A stretch of 64,000 nt of DNA from an uncultured Anaerolineaceae bacterium (lineage in GTDB: Bacteria; Chloroflexota; Anaerolineae; Anaerolineales; UBA4823). Of this stretch, positions 1 to 10,105 are shown piece by piece. The translations under genes were made by a program, and so were the position numbers. The stretch is from positions 128,684 through 192,683 of the forward strand of contig CAYGZL010000032.1 in NCBI GenBank assembly GCA_964354345.1. Reading direction: 5' to 3'. Each line of letters opens with the position of its first letter. Within the stretch, counting starts at the first letter, position 1. The notes beneath the pieces were generated by a model. It did not search any database. It worked only from the letters and a program-made list of their open reading frames with translations, and was not told where the DNA came from.

Positions 1-1
1 C

Positions 2-2680
2 GGCATGGTGCAATTTAAGGATGTCTTCCTGGGCACTGATACACGACCGTATTCACGGGCAGTAAACTCGCAGAAGTGTATGCGCGTGGCTGGCAAGCAT
101 AACGACCTGGAGGATGTCGGTCGGGATGACACACACCACACCTTTTTTGAGATGCTGGGAAACTGGTCCTTTGGCGATTACTATAAAAAGGAAGCCATTA
201 CCTGGGCCTGGGAACTACTCACTGAGGTATGGGGGCTACCCAAAGACCGCTTGTACGCGACCTGCTTTGAAGATGAAAAAGGCAAAATCGAACGAGACGA
301 CGAAGCCGCAATTAATTGGCGCCAGCAACCAGGTTTCAATCCAAACCATGTGCTGTTTTTTGGGCGAAAGGACAATTTCTGGGAAATGGCAGAGACCGGT
401 CCGTGTGGACCCTGCTCAGAAATCCACATTGATCGTGGGATCGAGTTTTGTAACCAACAAGATATCTCCGGGCATGTGTGCGGCGTCAACGGGGATTGCA
501 CTCGCTTCTTAGAACTGTGGAATCTGGTCTTTATCCAATATAATCGCCTGAGCCCAACCACTCTGGAACCACTGGCTGCCAAGCATGTGGACACTGGGAT
601 GGGCTTCGAGCGGATCGTGTCTGTGCTCCAGAATGTCGATTCTAACTATAAAACCGATGTCCTGGCACCCCTTATGGATATTGTTCAGCAATTAACCGGT
701 CATAGTGACATCGAACGACAGGAAAACCCGACCCCATATCGAGTGATTGCAGATCATGCGCGCGCCGCGGCGTTCTTGATCGCCGATGGCGTCGTTCCAG
801 GCAATGTCGGGCGTAACTATGTGTGCCGTATGATTATTCGTCGCGCGGCGCGTTTTGGTATGAAGATAGGCTTGAATCAACCTTTCCTGGCACAGGTTGC
901 CCAAAAGGGGATCGAAAATTATGGGAGTTTTTATCCAGAGTTAGCACGCAACCGCTCGGCGATCCTGACCAACCTGACCCGTGAAGAGGAACGCTTCCAG
1001 CGCACTGTCGAGAGTGGCCTTGCCAAGCTAGAGAACTTATTAGAAAAGCTGACCGCCAGTCGTGAACGCGATAGAACAATGCAGGAGGATGGTTCTGTTG
1101 TTTTATTTCTGCCTGGCGAGCAGGCTTTTGAGTTGTACGCGACTTACGGCCTCCCCCTGGAAATCACGCGCGATATCGCCCGTGAGCATAACCTCGATGT
1201 AGATGAAACTGGCTTTCGCCAGGCGATGGATCGCCATCGGCTGGCCTCCAGCGCGGGTGAAGCTTTTGGCTCTTTAGGAGGCAACGACGTTGATATTTAC
1301 CGGCAATTGCTGCAAGAGCAACAGGCGCTTGGGTTATTAGGTGCGGAGGGTGTCGATTTTCATCTATACGACCGAGTTGAGCTGCAACATGGATTGGAGC
1401 TGAGTGTGAAAGGACAGGTATTGGCCTTTGTGCGTGGTGGGGCTTCATCTCATGGTCAATTCGTTAACCAGGTTCAGACTGGTGAAAAGGTGGAAGTCTT
1501 GCTGGCTGAGACTTGCTTCTATGTGGAATCTGGCGGTCAGGTCTCGGATACGGGTACCATTCGGGCAGCCGATAGAAGCTGGGAAATTACTGTGACCGGC
1601 ATGCGTAAACCTGCTGCCGGAATCATCGTACATATCGGGGAGGTTTATCGTGGGCAACCAGCTGTTGGCGACTTATGTGTCGCCCAGGTGGATGTCGCAC
1701 GCCGGCAAGAGATCATGCGCAACCATACGGGCACACACCTGCTACATGCCGAGCTGCGCGCAGTTCTGGGTGAACATGCCCGGCAGGCAGGTTCACTGGT
1801 CGCCCCCGACCACTTGCGTTTCGACTTCACTCATCCGCAAGCGGTCGCCCCCGAGCAGTTAGAACGCATCCAGGCTGGCGTTAACCGGGCAATCCTGAGT
1901 AATTATCCTTTGCAAATTCAAGTCAAGCCACTCCACCAGGCAATGAGCGAAGGCGCTATGGCGCTTTTCGGCGAGAAATATGGCGATACAGTGCGCACGA
2001 TTAGCATCGGCGGTGAGCATCCCTTCTCTTACGAACTTTGCGGTGGTACACATGTCCCAGAAACTGGTGATATCGGCATATTACTGATCACGAGTGAGGG
2101 TAGCGCCGCGGCGGGCATCCGGCGTATCGAAGCCGTTACCGGGCGTGGCGCCTACGAACTCGTCCAGAGCCGATTCCAGGCATTGAAACGATCCGCCGAT
2201 TTGCTGGCAGCTCCGCCCGAGGAACTCCCTGCCCGAACAGAAATTATTCTGCAGGAGCTTAGCGAAGCACGCAAGCAGATTGCCACTCTACGCCGCGAGC
2301 TGGCTACCTATGAATTTAATCGTTCCCTGGATACTGTTCCGCTTATTGCAGGAGTGCCTGTGTTGACTGGCATACTTCCCAATGCTGACGCCGACACCTT
2401 GCGCCTGATGACTGACCGCTTCCGTCAGCATTTCCCGAGCGGGGTGGCGGTGTTGGGGAGTGTTGGCAGCGACGGGAAACCGATTTTGATCGCCGTTGTG
2501 ACTGAAGACCTGGTCAAACGCGGCCTGCACGCTGGAGAACTGGTGAAGTTCGCCGCTCAACCCTTGGGTGGAGGCGGGGGTGGACGACCGACTTTAGCCC
2601 AGGCTGGCGGTAAAGACGCCCGCCAGTTGGAAGCAGCGCTTAACAGTGTGTCAAGTTGGGTCGAAAACAAATTAAAATAA
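2..2680 (+). CDS. alaS: alanine--tRNA ligase, 5' end outside the window
   Basis: The ORF is open to the window edge. Motifs FEMLGNWSFGDYYK, editing-domain HTGTHLLH and CGGTHV, and the C-terminal GGGGGGRPxxAQAGG tract are typical of AlaRS. About 40 N-terminal residues are missing. Confidence 0.95.
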   Translation, partial: GMVQFKDVFLGTDTRPYSRAVNSQKCMRVAGKHNDLEDVGRDDTHHTFFEMLGNWSFGDYYKKEAITWAWELLTEVWGLPKDRLYATCFEDEKGKIERDDEAAINWRQQPGFNPNHVLFFGRKDNFWEMAETGPCGPCSEIHIDRGIEFCNQQDISGHVCGVNGDCTRFLELWNLVFIQYNRLSPTTLEPLAAKHVDTGMGFERIVSVLQNVDSNYKTDVLAPLMDIVQQLTGHSDIERQENPTPYRVIADHARAAAFLIADGVVPGNVGRNYVCRMIIRRAARFGMKIGLNQPFLAQVAQKGIENYGSFYPELARNRSAILTNLTREEERFQRTVESGLAKLENLLEKLTASRERDRTMQEDGSVVLFLPGEQAFELYATYGLPLEITRDIAREHNLDVDETGFRQAMDRHRLASSAGEAFGSLGGNDVDIYRQLLQEQQALGLLGAEGVDFHLYDRVELQHGLELSVKGQVLAFVRGGASSHGQFVNQVQTGEKVEVLLAETCFYVESGGQVSDTGTIRAADRSWEITVTGMRKPAAGIIVHIGEVYRGQPAVGDLCVAQVDVARRQEIMRNHTGTHLLHAELRAVLGEHARQAGSLVAPDHLRFDFTHPQAVAPEQLERIQAGVNRAILSNYPLQIQVKPLHQAMSEGAMALFGEKYGDTVRTISIGGEHPFSYELCGGTHVPETGDIGILLITSEGSAAAGIRRIEAVTGRGAYELVQSRFQALKRSADLLAAPPEELPARTEIILQELSEARKQIATLRRELATYEFNRSLDTVPLIAGVPVLTGILPNADADTLRLMTDRFRQHFPSGVAVLGSVGSDGKPILIAVVTEDLVKRGLHAGELVKFAAQPLGGGGGGRPTLAQAGGKDARQLEAALNSVSSWVENKLK

Positions 2681-2684
2681 AATT

Positions 2685-4892
2685 GTGGGAAGTCTGAGAT
2701 CTTTCGCCAGGGTCAGGATGAAAATCGCTTCACTCAAGATCAGTTTCTTGCCGAAAATCGCCGGTAAATATTCGCTGCAACCCGTAATGCTCCTGCTCGT
2801 ATGTCTGCTTGCATTCGGTTTACAGATTCCTTGGCTGGGTTATTATTGGGATGATTGGCCTGGCGCCTGGTTTTTACACCGTTTGGGTCCCGCAGGTTTC
2901 ACCCAAGTCTTTTCGGTTGACCGACCGGCCTTAGGCTGGCTATTCATGCTGACGACTGCGTTGATCGGAAAATCTACCCTGGGGTGGCAGCTCCTGGGTG
3001 TTTTGGCGCGCTGGTTGAGCTGCCTGGCTTTATGGAGATTGCTTCGGGCAGTCTGGCCAGAACGAATTACTCAGGCAACCTGGGTAACCTTGCTCTTCGC
3101 GGTGTATCCTGGTTTTAAACAGCAACACATTGCCATGACTTATAGCCATGATTGGTTAATCATGGCCGGATTTTTTCTATCACTGACGCTACAAATTTGG
3201 GCGGTGCGCAAGTTGTTGCGTGGGTCTGGTTGGTCGCGGAACAGAAGCAGTTGGTTTTTGTTCATCATCTCCTGGCTTCTTTCAGCTTATGCGATGTTCG
3301 CCGATGAATATTACTTCGGCCTGGAGCTGCTCCGACCAATCCTGCTTTGGCTGGTCTTCTCAGAACAAGGCGACTCGCTTCGCCAACGCTTGAAACGCAC
3401 ACTTCTAAATGAACTCCCCTACGCCATCAGTGTCGCTCTTTTTTTGTTCTGGCGTTTGTGGATCCACATCAGTCCACGTGGTCAGGTACAGGTCTTTGAA
3501 CGCCTGGTGCAAAATCCACTGGGTGGCTTTGTGACACTCTTGACAACTGTATTAACTGACACCTTTCGGTCTAGTTTTAGCGCCTGGAGCGAAATATTTA
3601 ATTTCCCGAAGATGTTGAGCCTGGGTATCATCCCTTCGGTCTTGTATGGGATTACGACAATCATTGGTGTCGTACTTTGCCTGCTGTATTTGAAATACAC
3701 CACTCGCAGTGATACTGCTTTGGCTGCACGAAGCTGGAGCCTGAGTGCAATCATCATCGGTCTGCTGGCGCTATTTGCAGGAGGCATTCCCTTCTGGGTC
3801 ACTTATCAGCCAATTGGGTTAAGTTTTCCCTGGGACCGTTTTACATTGCCGATGATCTTCGGAACCAGCCTGCTCCTGACCGGCCTATTACAACTATTAA
3901 TCCCCAAAACAGGGTTGAGGATCCTGTTCTTAAGCATTATGCTTGGACTGGCCACCGGGTTGCATGTGACCAATGGCAACCTGTATCGGAGGGAGTGGGC
4001 TGCCCAAAAAACCATGTTTTGGCAAATCACCTGGCGCGCTCCCGGGATACAGCCAGGTACAGTGCTGCTGACAACCGAGCTGCCCTTCACTTATTTTAGC
4101 GACAACTCCTTGACCGCGCCTCTGAACTGGATATACGAGCCGCAAACAAAAAATCCTCAGAATATCCAGAGAACGAGTTCGATCGATCGCCTGAGTCTAA
4201 GAATGGATTACCTGTTTTATGTGGTTGAATCGCGCCTGGGTTTCCGCTTGCCCAGTTTAGAAAAAGACTTGCCCATTGAACAACCTTACCGTACACTCAC
4301 ATTTTATGGATCTACATCTCAGGCGCTGGTTGTGTATGTAAATCCCCCGGCTTGTCTGAGAATCATTGATCCCGTCGTGGATGCACGTCTGCCGCAGAAA
4401 CCCAATTATCTGGCAGAAATGCTGCCGCTATCGAACCTGAACACGATTTTACCTGATGCGGATCCACCTGCCCAACCACCAGCTGCGATCTTTGGTAGTG
4501 AGCCAGAACCCGACTGGTGTTATTATTTTGAGAAAGCCGACCTGGCTCGACAACTTGGCGACTGGTCGCAAGTAGTCAACCTGGGAGAACAAGCATTCAA
4601 CCTAAACCAACGATTGTATGAGGTGAACGCGCCTGAATTGACTCCTTACATCGAAGGATATGCACATCTGGGACAATGGCAGGAGGCCCAACAATTGACT
4701 CAGCAAGCCTATCAATTATCAACCCGGATGCAACGCATGTTGTGCGCCACCTGGGGCAGGATTGCCCAAAGCACCTCACCGGATGGGGCTCAACAAGCTT
4801 CACTGGCTGAAATCAGAACCAGCCTGAAATGCACCGAGCTAAGCGGCCAAGATAGGATGACTACCTCGCTACTCTCAGGACAGGTCCCTTGA
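2685..4892 (+). CDS. large polytopic membrane protein, GT-C-like glycosyltransferase candidate (paralog 1 of 3)
   Basis: 735-aa ORF starting at GTG 2685 (alternative ATG 2718), 4 nt after the alaS stop. The N-terminal ~480 aa are rich in hydrophobic helices. An acidic GYYWDDWPG motif follows the first helix. YPGFKQQ, DRFTLP and FWQITWRAPG are shared with the next two ORFs. The C-terminal ~200 aa are soluble and carry WCYYFEKADLARQ. Confidence 0.6.
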   Translation: MGSLRSFARVRMKIASLKISFLPKIAGKYSLQPVMLLLVCLLAFGLQIPWLGYYWDDWPGAWFLHRLGPAGFTQVFSVDRPALGWLFMLTTALIGKSTLGWQLLGVLARWLSCLALWRLLRAVWPERITQATWVTLLFAVYPGFKQQHIAMTYSHDWLIMAGFFLSLTLQIWAVRKLLRGSGWSRNRSSWFLFIISWLLSAYAMFADEYYFGLELLRPILLWLVFSEQGDSLRQRLKRTLLNELPYAISVALFLFWRLWIHISPRGQVQVFERLVQNPLGGFVTLLTTVLTDTFRSSFSAWSEIFNFPKMLSLGIIPSVLYGITTIIGVVLCLLYLKYTTRSDTALAARSWSLSAIIIGLLALFAGGIPFWVTYQPIGLSFPWDRFTLPMIFGTSLLLTGLLQLLIPKTGLRILFLSIMLGLATGLHVTNGNLYRREWAAQKTMFWQITWRAPGIQPGTVLLTTELPFTYFSDNSLTAPLNWIYEPQTKNPQNIQRTSSIDRLSLRMDYLFYVVESRLGFRLPSLEKDLPIEQPYRTLTFYGSTSQALVVYVNPPACLRIIDPVVDARLPQKPNYLAEMLPLSNLNTILPDADPPAQPPAAIFGSEPEPDWCYYFEKADLARQLGDWSQVVNLGEQAFNLNQRLYEVNAPELTPYIEGYAHLGQWQEAQQLTQQAYQLSTRMQRMLCATWGRIAQSTSPDGAQQASLAEIRTSLKCTELSGQDRMTTSLLSGQVP

Positions 4893-4896
4893 GTCT

Positions 4897-7044
4897 ATGC
4901 TCGCGTTAAAGAAACTCCATTTTGGTGTATGGTCGGTTCCAGGTGCACTTTTATTGCTCTGCATCGGAGCCTTCGGCTGGTTAATCCCCTGGTTGGGGTT
5001 TTATCAAGACGACTGGGTAGTCATCTGGTTTGCACGGACCTTCGGCTCACAGGTATTTATTGATTTTTTTGCTAAAGAGCGCCCTTTCCTGGCAGGCATC
5101 TACATGGTCAGCACATGGCTGATCGGCGATTCTGCCATCGGTTGGCAGATCTTCGGTCTCCTGGGCAGATGGGTGGCTGCTCTGGCTGCCTGGTGGACGC
5201 TACGTTCCCTCTGGCCCAAAAAACCGTTACAAGTATTGGGAGTCGTATTCCTTTTCACGATCTACCCCGGTTTTAAACAGCAATACGTGTCTGTGCTTTA
5301 CAGCCAGGATTTCCTGATCCTGGCAGCCATGATCGCCTCTTTAGGTCTGACCATCCATGCCGTTCGCAGCGCAAGGCAGGGGAAGATTTGGCGGGCAGCC
5401 GGACTGACTGTGTTGGCATTAATCCTGACAGCGTTCGCTGATTTTTCGTCAGAATATTTCTTCGGCATGGAGCTGTTCCGCCCCCTCTTTATCTGGCTCG
5501 TCGTTGGTGAACAACACACCCTAATCCGGCAACGACTGCTGCGTGCGTTGAAGTACTGGTTACCTTACCTGGCACTAACCGGCATCTTCTTGGTATGGCG
5601 GTTGTTCATCTTCCAGTATGTCACTTATCAACCTCAGCTTGCCATGAATATCAGCTCCACTCCATGGGTGACTATTCAACGGTTAGCTCAAACGATTATC
5701 GAAGACTCCTACGAAACGGTTGCGTTAGCCTGGTTTCAAACCCTGGACATCGCCAGGATGGGGGAATTTAGTTTCGCGACCATGCTACTGCGCTGGTTAG
5801 TGGTCTGTGGGAGCGCAGGTCTGGTCGTTTTTTACCTGATACACCTGCAAAAAAGCATCTCTTTGCGCCTCACTCAAGACAAGCCTGGTGATCCGAACAA
5901 TCTCCCAGCCAAAACAGATATACAAAACAACGCCGGTGAAAACAAAGAGATCCTTAATGATTCTCAGAATACCGCATGGAGTAAACAAGCGATCCTGATC
6001 GGAGGGCTTTCTTTGCTGATTTCAGGATGGCCATTCTGGTTCACCAACCTGAGTATTGGGATTGAAATCCCCTACGACCGGTTTACTCTTCCCTATATGT
6101 TGGGTGTCAGCATACTTATCATTGGGATCCTGGAATGGCTCATCAGAACGCCATTCCAACGGATCTTAATCATCGGACTTCTCGTCGGATTGACCATACC
6201 TACTCACCTCAAGATCGCCAATTCCTTCCGGCAGATCCATAATCAGCAAGCGTCTTTATTCTGGCAACTTGCTTGGCGAGCGCCTGGGTTAAAGCAAGGC
6301 ACCCTGTTGCTAATGAACTCCTTTCCATTTCCTTACACCGGCGCTATGTCGTTAGGTGCGATCACGAATTGGATCTATGCGGATCTTCCACACTACCCCA
6401 CCATGGATTATGATTTCATCTTTATCCAGGATAAACTTGGGAATATCTTACCCGCCCTAGAAAAAGGCTTACCGATCGTACGCCCTTTCCGCTCAGTAAC
6501 TTATACTGGCTCGACTTCTGAAGCTCTGGTCATGCACCTTCCAGAGAATGGTTGTTTACGAATCCTCGATCCCCAACGAGATCTGAACATGCCAGCACTC
6601 CCCTTGTTGACTTCCCAGGCAATTCCCATTTCCAACCTGGAGCAGATTACAGCCTCTGGAACAGAAGCTGCTCAGCGCGTTCGTCAGCTTTTTGGTTCTG
6701 AACCCACGCATGGCTGGTGCTACTACTACGAAGTGGCAGAGCTGGCGCGCCAACAACGAGACTGGAAGCAAGTCGCTTCACTAGCTGATCAAGCGCTAAA
6801 CCTGAAGGTAAAATATTATGAAATCAATGCCACCGAATTTGCCCCTTTTATAGAGGGGTATGCCATGACCGGTAAGTGGACCGAGGCACGCCGCATCACT
6901 CTGGAGGCCTACCGTCTGTCTGCTAAGGTGCGGCCTCTCCTATGCACAGTATGGGACGAGATTGCACAATCGGCTCCCGCGGATATGGCGGGTCAGGATG
7001 TGATTAAGGCCATGAAGGAAAAACTTGCATGCTCGAAAAATTGA
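4897..7044 (+). CDS. large polytopic membrane protein, GT-C-like glycosyltransferase candidate (paralog 2 of 3)
   Basis: 715-aa ORF starting 4 nt after paralog 1. Motifs GFYQDDWVV, YPGFKQQ, DRFTLP, FWQLAWRAPG and WCYYYEVAELARQ are collinear with the neighbouring ORFs. It has a unique hydrophilic loop (QDKPGDPNNLPAKTDIQNNAGENKE). Confidence 0.6.
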   Translation: MLALKKLHFGVWSVPGALLLLCIGAFGWLIPWLGFYQDDWVVIWFARTFGSQVFIDFFAKERPFLAGIYMVSTWLIGDSAIGWQIFGLLGRWVAALAAWWTLRSLWPKKPLQVLGVVFLFTIYPGFKQQYVSVLYSQDFLILAAMIASLGLTIHAVRSARQGKIWRAAGLTVLALILTAFADFSSEYFFGMELFRPLFIWLVVGEQHTLIRQRLLRALKYWLPYLALTGIFLVWRLFIFQYVTYQPQLAMNISSTPWVTIQRLAQTIIEDSYETVALAWFQTLDIARMGEFSFATMLLRWLVVCGSAGLVVFYLIHLQKSISLRLTQDKPGDPNNLPAKTDIQNNAGENKEILNDSQNTAWSKQAILIGGLSLLISGWPFWFTNLSIGIEIPYDRFTLPYMLGVSILIIGILEWLIRTPFQRILIIGLLVGLTIPTHLKIANSFRQIHNQQASLFWQLAWRAPGLKQGTLLLMNSFPFPYTGAMSLGAITNWIYADLPHYPTMDYDFIFIQDKLGNILPALEKGLPIVRPFRSVTYTGSTSEALVMHLPENGCLRILDPQRDLNMPALPLLTSQAIPISNLEQITASGTEAAQRVRQLFGSEPTHGWCYYYEVAELARQQRDWKQVASLADQALNLKVKYYEINATEFAPFIEGYAMTGKWTEARRITLEAYRLSAKVRPLLCTVWDEIAQSAPADMAGQDVIKAMKEKLACSKN

Positions 7045-9122
7045 AATTTCGTTCGTGGACATTTCCACTTACCTTACTCTTGCTATCCATCTTGTGTTTC
7101 GGTTTACTTATCCCCTGGTTAGGATTTTACCAGGATGACTGGTACTTAATTTGGCTGTCGCATTTTTTCGGCGCAAATATTTTCTTCCCTTTTTTCGAAA
7201 ACCAACGCCCAATTCTCGCGTTGGTATACATTTTTACAACGAAGTTGGTTGGAACCTCCGCCGTGGGCTGGCAAATCTTTGGCTTACTCACCCGCTGGCT
7301 AGCCGCGCTGTCAGTCTGGTGGGCATTGAAACTGGCCTGGCCCAATCGTCCAAAACAAGTGGCCTGGATTACCGTGTTATTCCTCGTCTACCCTGGTTTT
7401 CAAGAGCACTTTGTCGCGGTTGTCTACAGCCAGAATTACCTCCTGATTACAGCCTCTTTGATCGCTTTGGGTTTGTCTTTATGGGTTGTGCGTAATCAAA
7501 CCAGGTTGACCATCCCTTTAACCATACTGGGAGTGTCTCTATCGCTATTGAGCGTATTTTCGTCCGAGTATTTCTTCGGTTTAGAATTTTTTCGCCCGTT
7601 GCTATTATGGGTGGTAGTCGGAGAGAAAATCAGTAGTCTCTGGCAACGCTTATCCAAAACATTGCTCTATTGGGCGCCTTACCTGGCAGCCTTGATCTTC
7701 TTCCTCGTCTGGCGTATTTTTATTTTTAAGTTTCCGACTTACCAGCCAAAGCTGGCCCAACAATTCGTCAGCGGTCCCTCGAATACTATCCTGACCATGG
7801 CGCAAACCGTGATCCAGGACTTCTTCGATGTCAGCCTGTTTGCCTGGACACAAACCCTGAATTTTGTCCGGACCGTCGAGCCTACCCTGCTTCTCGTGGT
7901 AATTAAATGGGTCATCCTCCTGGTAGGCGCAGCACTCACAATTTTCTACTTATCTAAATTTGTTGGAAAAGACGAAGAACCTCTCGAAGCGTCAGCTTCA
8001 ATAAAACCATCGCCTAGCTGGGCAATCCAGGCAATTATGATTGGGGTATTTTCCGTAATTATCACCGGGTGGCCGTTCTGGTTTGCGGGGTTGGAGATTG
8101 AGTTAGATATTTCACAGGAGCGTTTCACTCTGGCTTTCATGCTGGCTGTCAGTATCATGCTCGTTGGCCTGATCGAATTGTTCATTAAAACTGATCGCCA
8201 AAAAATTGTCATCATTGGTGTGATGGCTGGCCTCGCAATGGGCTGGCAATTAAAAGTGGCAGAGACCTTTCGGGAAGCTCATGCTGGTCAAGAAACATTC
8301 TTCCAGCAGCTGGTATGGCGCGCCCCTGGTTTGAAAAGCGGTACATTGCTTTTAACGAATCCACTGCCGATTAATTACAGTGGTGCAAATTCGCTAGCTG
8401 CTCCACTGAATTGGATTTACGCTCAAAATTACCAATATCCCAACATGGAATACGAGCTATTTTACATCCCGGATAAGCTAGGAAACGAACTTCCAGCTTT
8501 ACAGAATGGCCTGCCGATCACGAAACGATACGGTGTGATCACCTACCATGGCTCGACTTCCCAATCCCTGGTCGTTTATTTCGAACCGCCCGGCTGTGTC
8601 CTGGTGCTGGATCCGGCGGTCTATGGTGAAACTCCCATCAATGGATTGGATCAGCCTTCAATTTCGATTCCACGTCTGCCCGACTCAATTAACACCGCAG
8701 TGCCGATTTCACATGTTGGTCAAATTATCCCCTCCGCAGACATGCCCATCCACAACTTCCAGGAAATATTTGGCCAATCTACAACCTCAAATTGGTGTTA
8801 TTATTTCGAAAAAGCAGACCTGGCCCGGCAGTTTAGCGATTGGCCAACAGTCGTAGCGTTAGGCGACGAAGCAGCCCGCCAAAGTTTACGCCCGGTCGCC
8901 AAACAAGAGATTGAATTTTTACCTTTCATCGAGGGGTATGCCCACCAGGGAAACTGGAAACAGGCAGCGCGCCTGACGCGATTGACAGCCGGCTCTGTAC
9001 CCGCCATGGTACCAATCCTATGCAGTACCTGGACGCGAATCCAGCAAAACACCTCACCCGGCATTGAGCGAGATACGTATATTTCCAATTTCTGGTCAGA
9101 TTATGGATGTGGAGAGCCGTAA
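7029..9122 (+). CDS. large polytopic membrane protein, GT-C-like glycosyltransferase candidate (paralog 3 of 3)
   Basis: 697-aa ORF overlapping paralog 2 by 16 nt. Motifs GFYQDDWYL, YPGFQEH, ERFTLA, FQQLVWRAPG and WCYYFEKADLARQ. Confidence 0.6.
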   Translation: MLEKLKFRSWTFPLTLLLLSILCFGLLIPWLGFYQDDWYLIWLSHFFGANIFFPFFENQRPILALVYIFTTKLVGTSAVGWQIFGLLTRWLAALSVWWALKLAWPNRPKQVAWITVLFLVYPGFQEHFVAVVYSQNYLLITASLIALGLSLWVVRNQTRLTIPLTILGVSLSLLSVFSSEYFFGLEFFRPLLLWVVVGEKISSLWQRLSKTLLYWAPYLAALIFFLVWRIFIFKFPTYQPKLAQQFVSGPSNTILTMAQTVIQDFFDVSLFAWTQTLNFVRTVEPTLLLVVIKWVILLVGAALTIFYLSKFVGKDEEPLEASASIKPSPSWAIQAIMIGVFSVIITGWPFWFAGLEIELDISQERFTLAFMLAVSIMLVGLIELFIKTDRQKIVIIGVMAGLAMGWQLKVAETFREAHAGQETFFQQLVWRAPGLKSGTLLLTNPLPINYSGANSLAAPLNWIYAQNYQYPNMEYELFYIPDKLGNELPALQNGLPITKRYGVITYHGSTSQSLVVYFEPPGCVLVLDPAVYGETPINGLDQPSISIPRLPDSINTAVPISHVGQIIPSADMPIHNFQEIFGQSTTSNWCYYFEKADLARQFSDWPTVVALGDEAARQSLRPVAKQEIEFLPFIEGYAHQGNWKQAARLTRLTAGSVPAMVPILCSTWTRIQQNTSPGIERDTYISNFWSDYGCGEP

Positions 9123-9125
9123 ACG

Positions 9126-10100
9126 ATGAATGTAGTCACACTTTCCCCCGGTTTATCAGTAGTTGTCCCGGTTTATAACAGTGCAGAGACTCTGGCTGAG
9201 CTAACTACGCGACTGGCCAAAGTGTTGCCAGGACTGGTCACACAATATGAGTTAATCCTGGTCAATGATGGCAGCCAGGATAAGAGCTGGGAAATAATTC
9301 TGGAATTAACCAGGATCTACCCCTGGATCCGGGCGATTAACTTGATGCGGAACTACGGCCAGCATAACGCCCTCTTGTGCGGGATTCGAAGCGCGCGCTT
9401 CGATCTCATCGTTACGATGGATGACGATCTACAACATCCCCCAGAAGAAATTTATAAACTACTCGCTAAACTGGCGGAGGGCTATGATGTGGTGTATGGG
9501 ATTCCTCAAAGAATGCCCCATTCCTGGTGGCGTAATTTATTCTCGGTGATTATCAAGCGCGTCCTGGCTTATGTAATGGGGGTTAAAACTGTGCGCGACT
9601 TTGCAGCCTTCCGCGCCTTGCGCACCCGGCTTCGCCGCGCCTTCGAAAATTACCAAAACCCCAATGTCTTAATTGATGTTTTACTTTCATGGGGCACGCA
9701 TCGTTTCACCACAACGGTCGTTAACGAGAATCCTCGGCCGGCTGGGCGATCGAACTACAGCCTTTCACGGCTGGTCCAATACACTATGGTAGTCATTACC
9801 GGCTTTAGCACCTTCCCGTTGCGCCTGGCGAGTGTGGTCGGATTCATCTTTACTCTGTTCGGCATTGGGGTATTTCTATACGTTGTCGCCATCTATTTTC
9901 TGGTGGGCAGTATGCCAGGATTTCCATTCCTGGCATCACTGGTTTCGTTATTTAGCGGAACCCAGCTTTTCGCGCTGGGTATCTTCGGCGAATATTTAGC
10001 GCGCATCTTTGATCGCAGTATGGATCGCCCTCCGTATGTGGTTGAAGAGGATCTGAAACTATCTCCAGAGGTACAAACCTCCGCGGACGCTGAATCCTGA
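9126..10100 (+). CDS. GT2 polyprenyl-phosphate glycosyltransferase (ArnC/GtrB-like)
   Basis: SVVVPVYN, NDGSQD, NYGQHNAL, DDDLQHPPEE and EGYDVV, plus two C-terminal TM helices and GEYLARIF. It is collinear with E. coli ArnC as I recall it. Confidence 0.8.
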   Translation: MNVVTLSPGLSVVVPVYNSAETLAELTTRLAKVLPGLVTQYELILVNDGSQDKSWEIILELTRIYPWIRAINLMRNYGQHNALLCGIRSARFDLIVTMDDDLQHPPEEIYKLLAKLAEGYDVVYGIPQRMPHSWWRNLFSVIIKRVLAYVMGVKTVRDFAAFRALRTRLRRAFENYQNPNVLIDVLLSWGTHRFTTTVVNENPRPAGRSNYSLSRLVQYTMVVITGFSTFPLRLASVVGFIFTLFGIGVFLYVVAIYFLVGSMPGFPFLASLVSLFSGTQLFALGIFGEYLARIFDRSMDRPPYVVEEDLKLSPEVQTSADAES

Positions 10101-10105
10101 CCCTT

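Noticed and set aside
2560-2600. GGTGGAGGCGGGGGTGGA G-rich tract as a slippage or phase-variation site
   Set aside because: It encodes the conserved GGGGGG motif of the AlaRS C-terminal domain and is interrupted at the nucleotide level. It is not a homopolymer.
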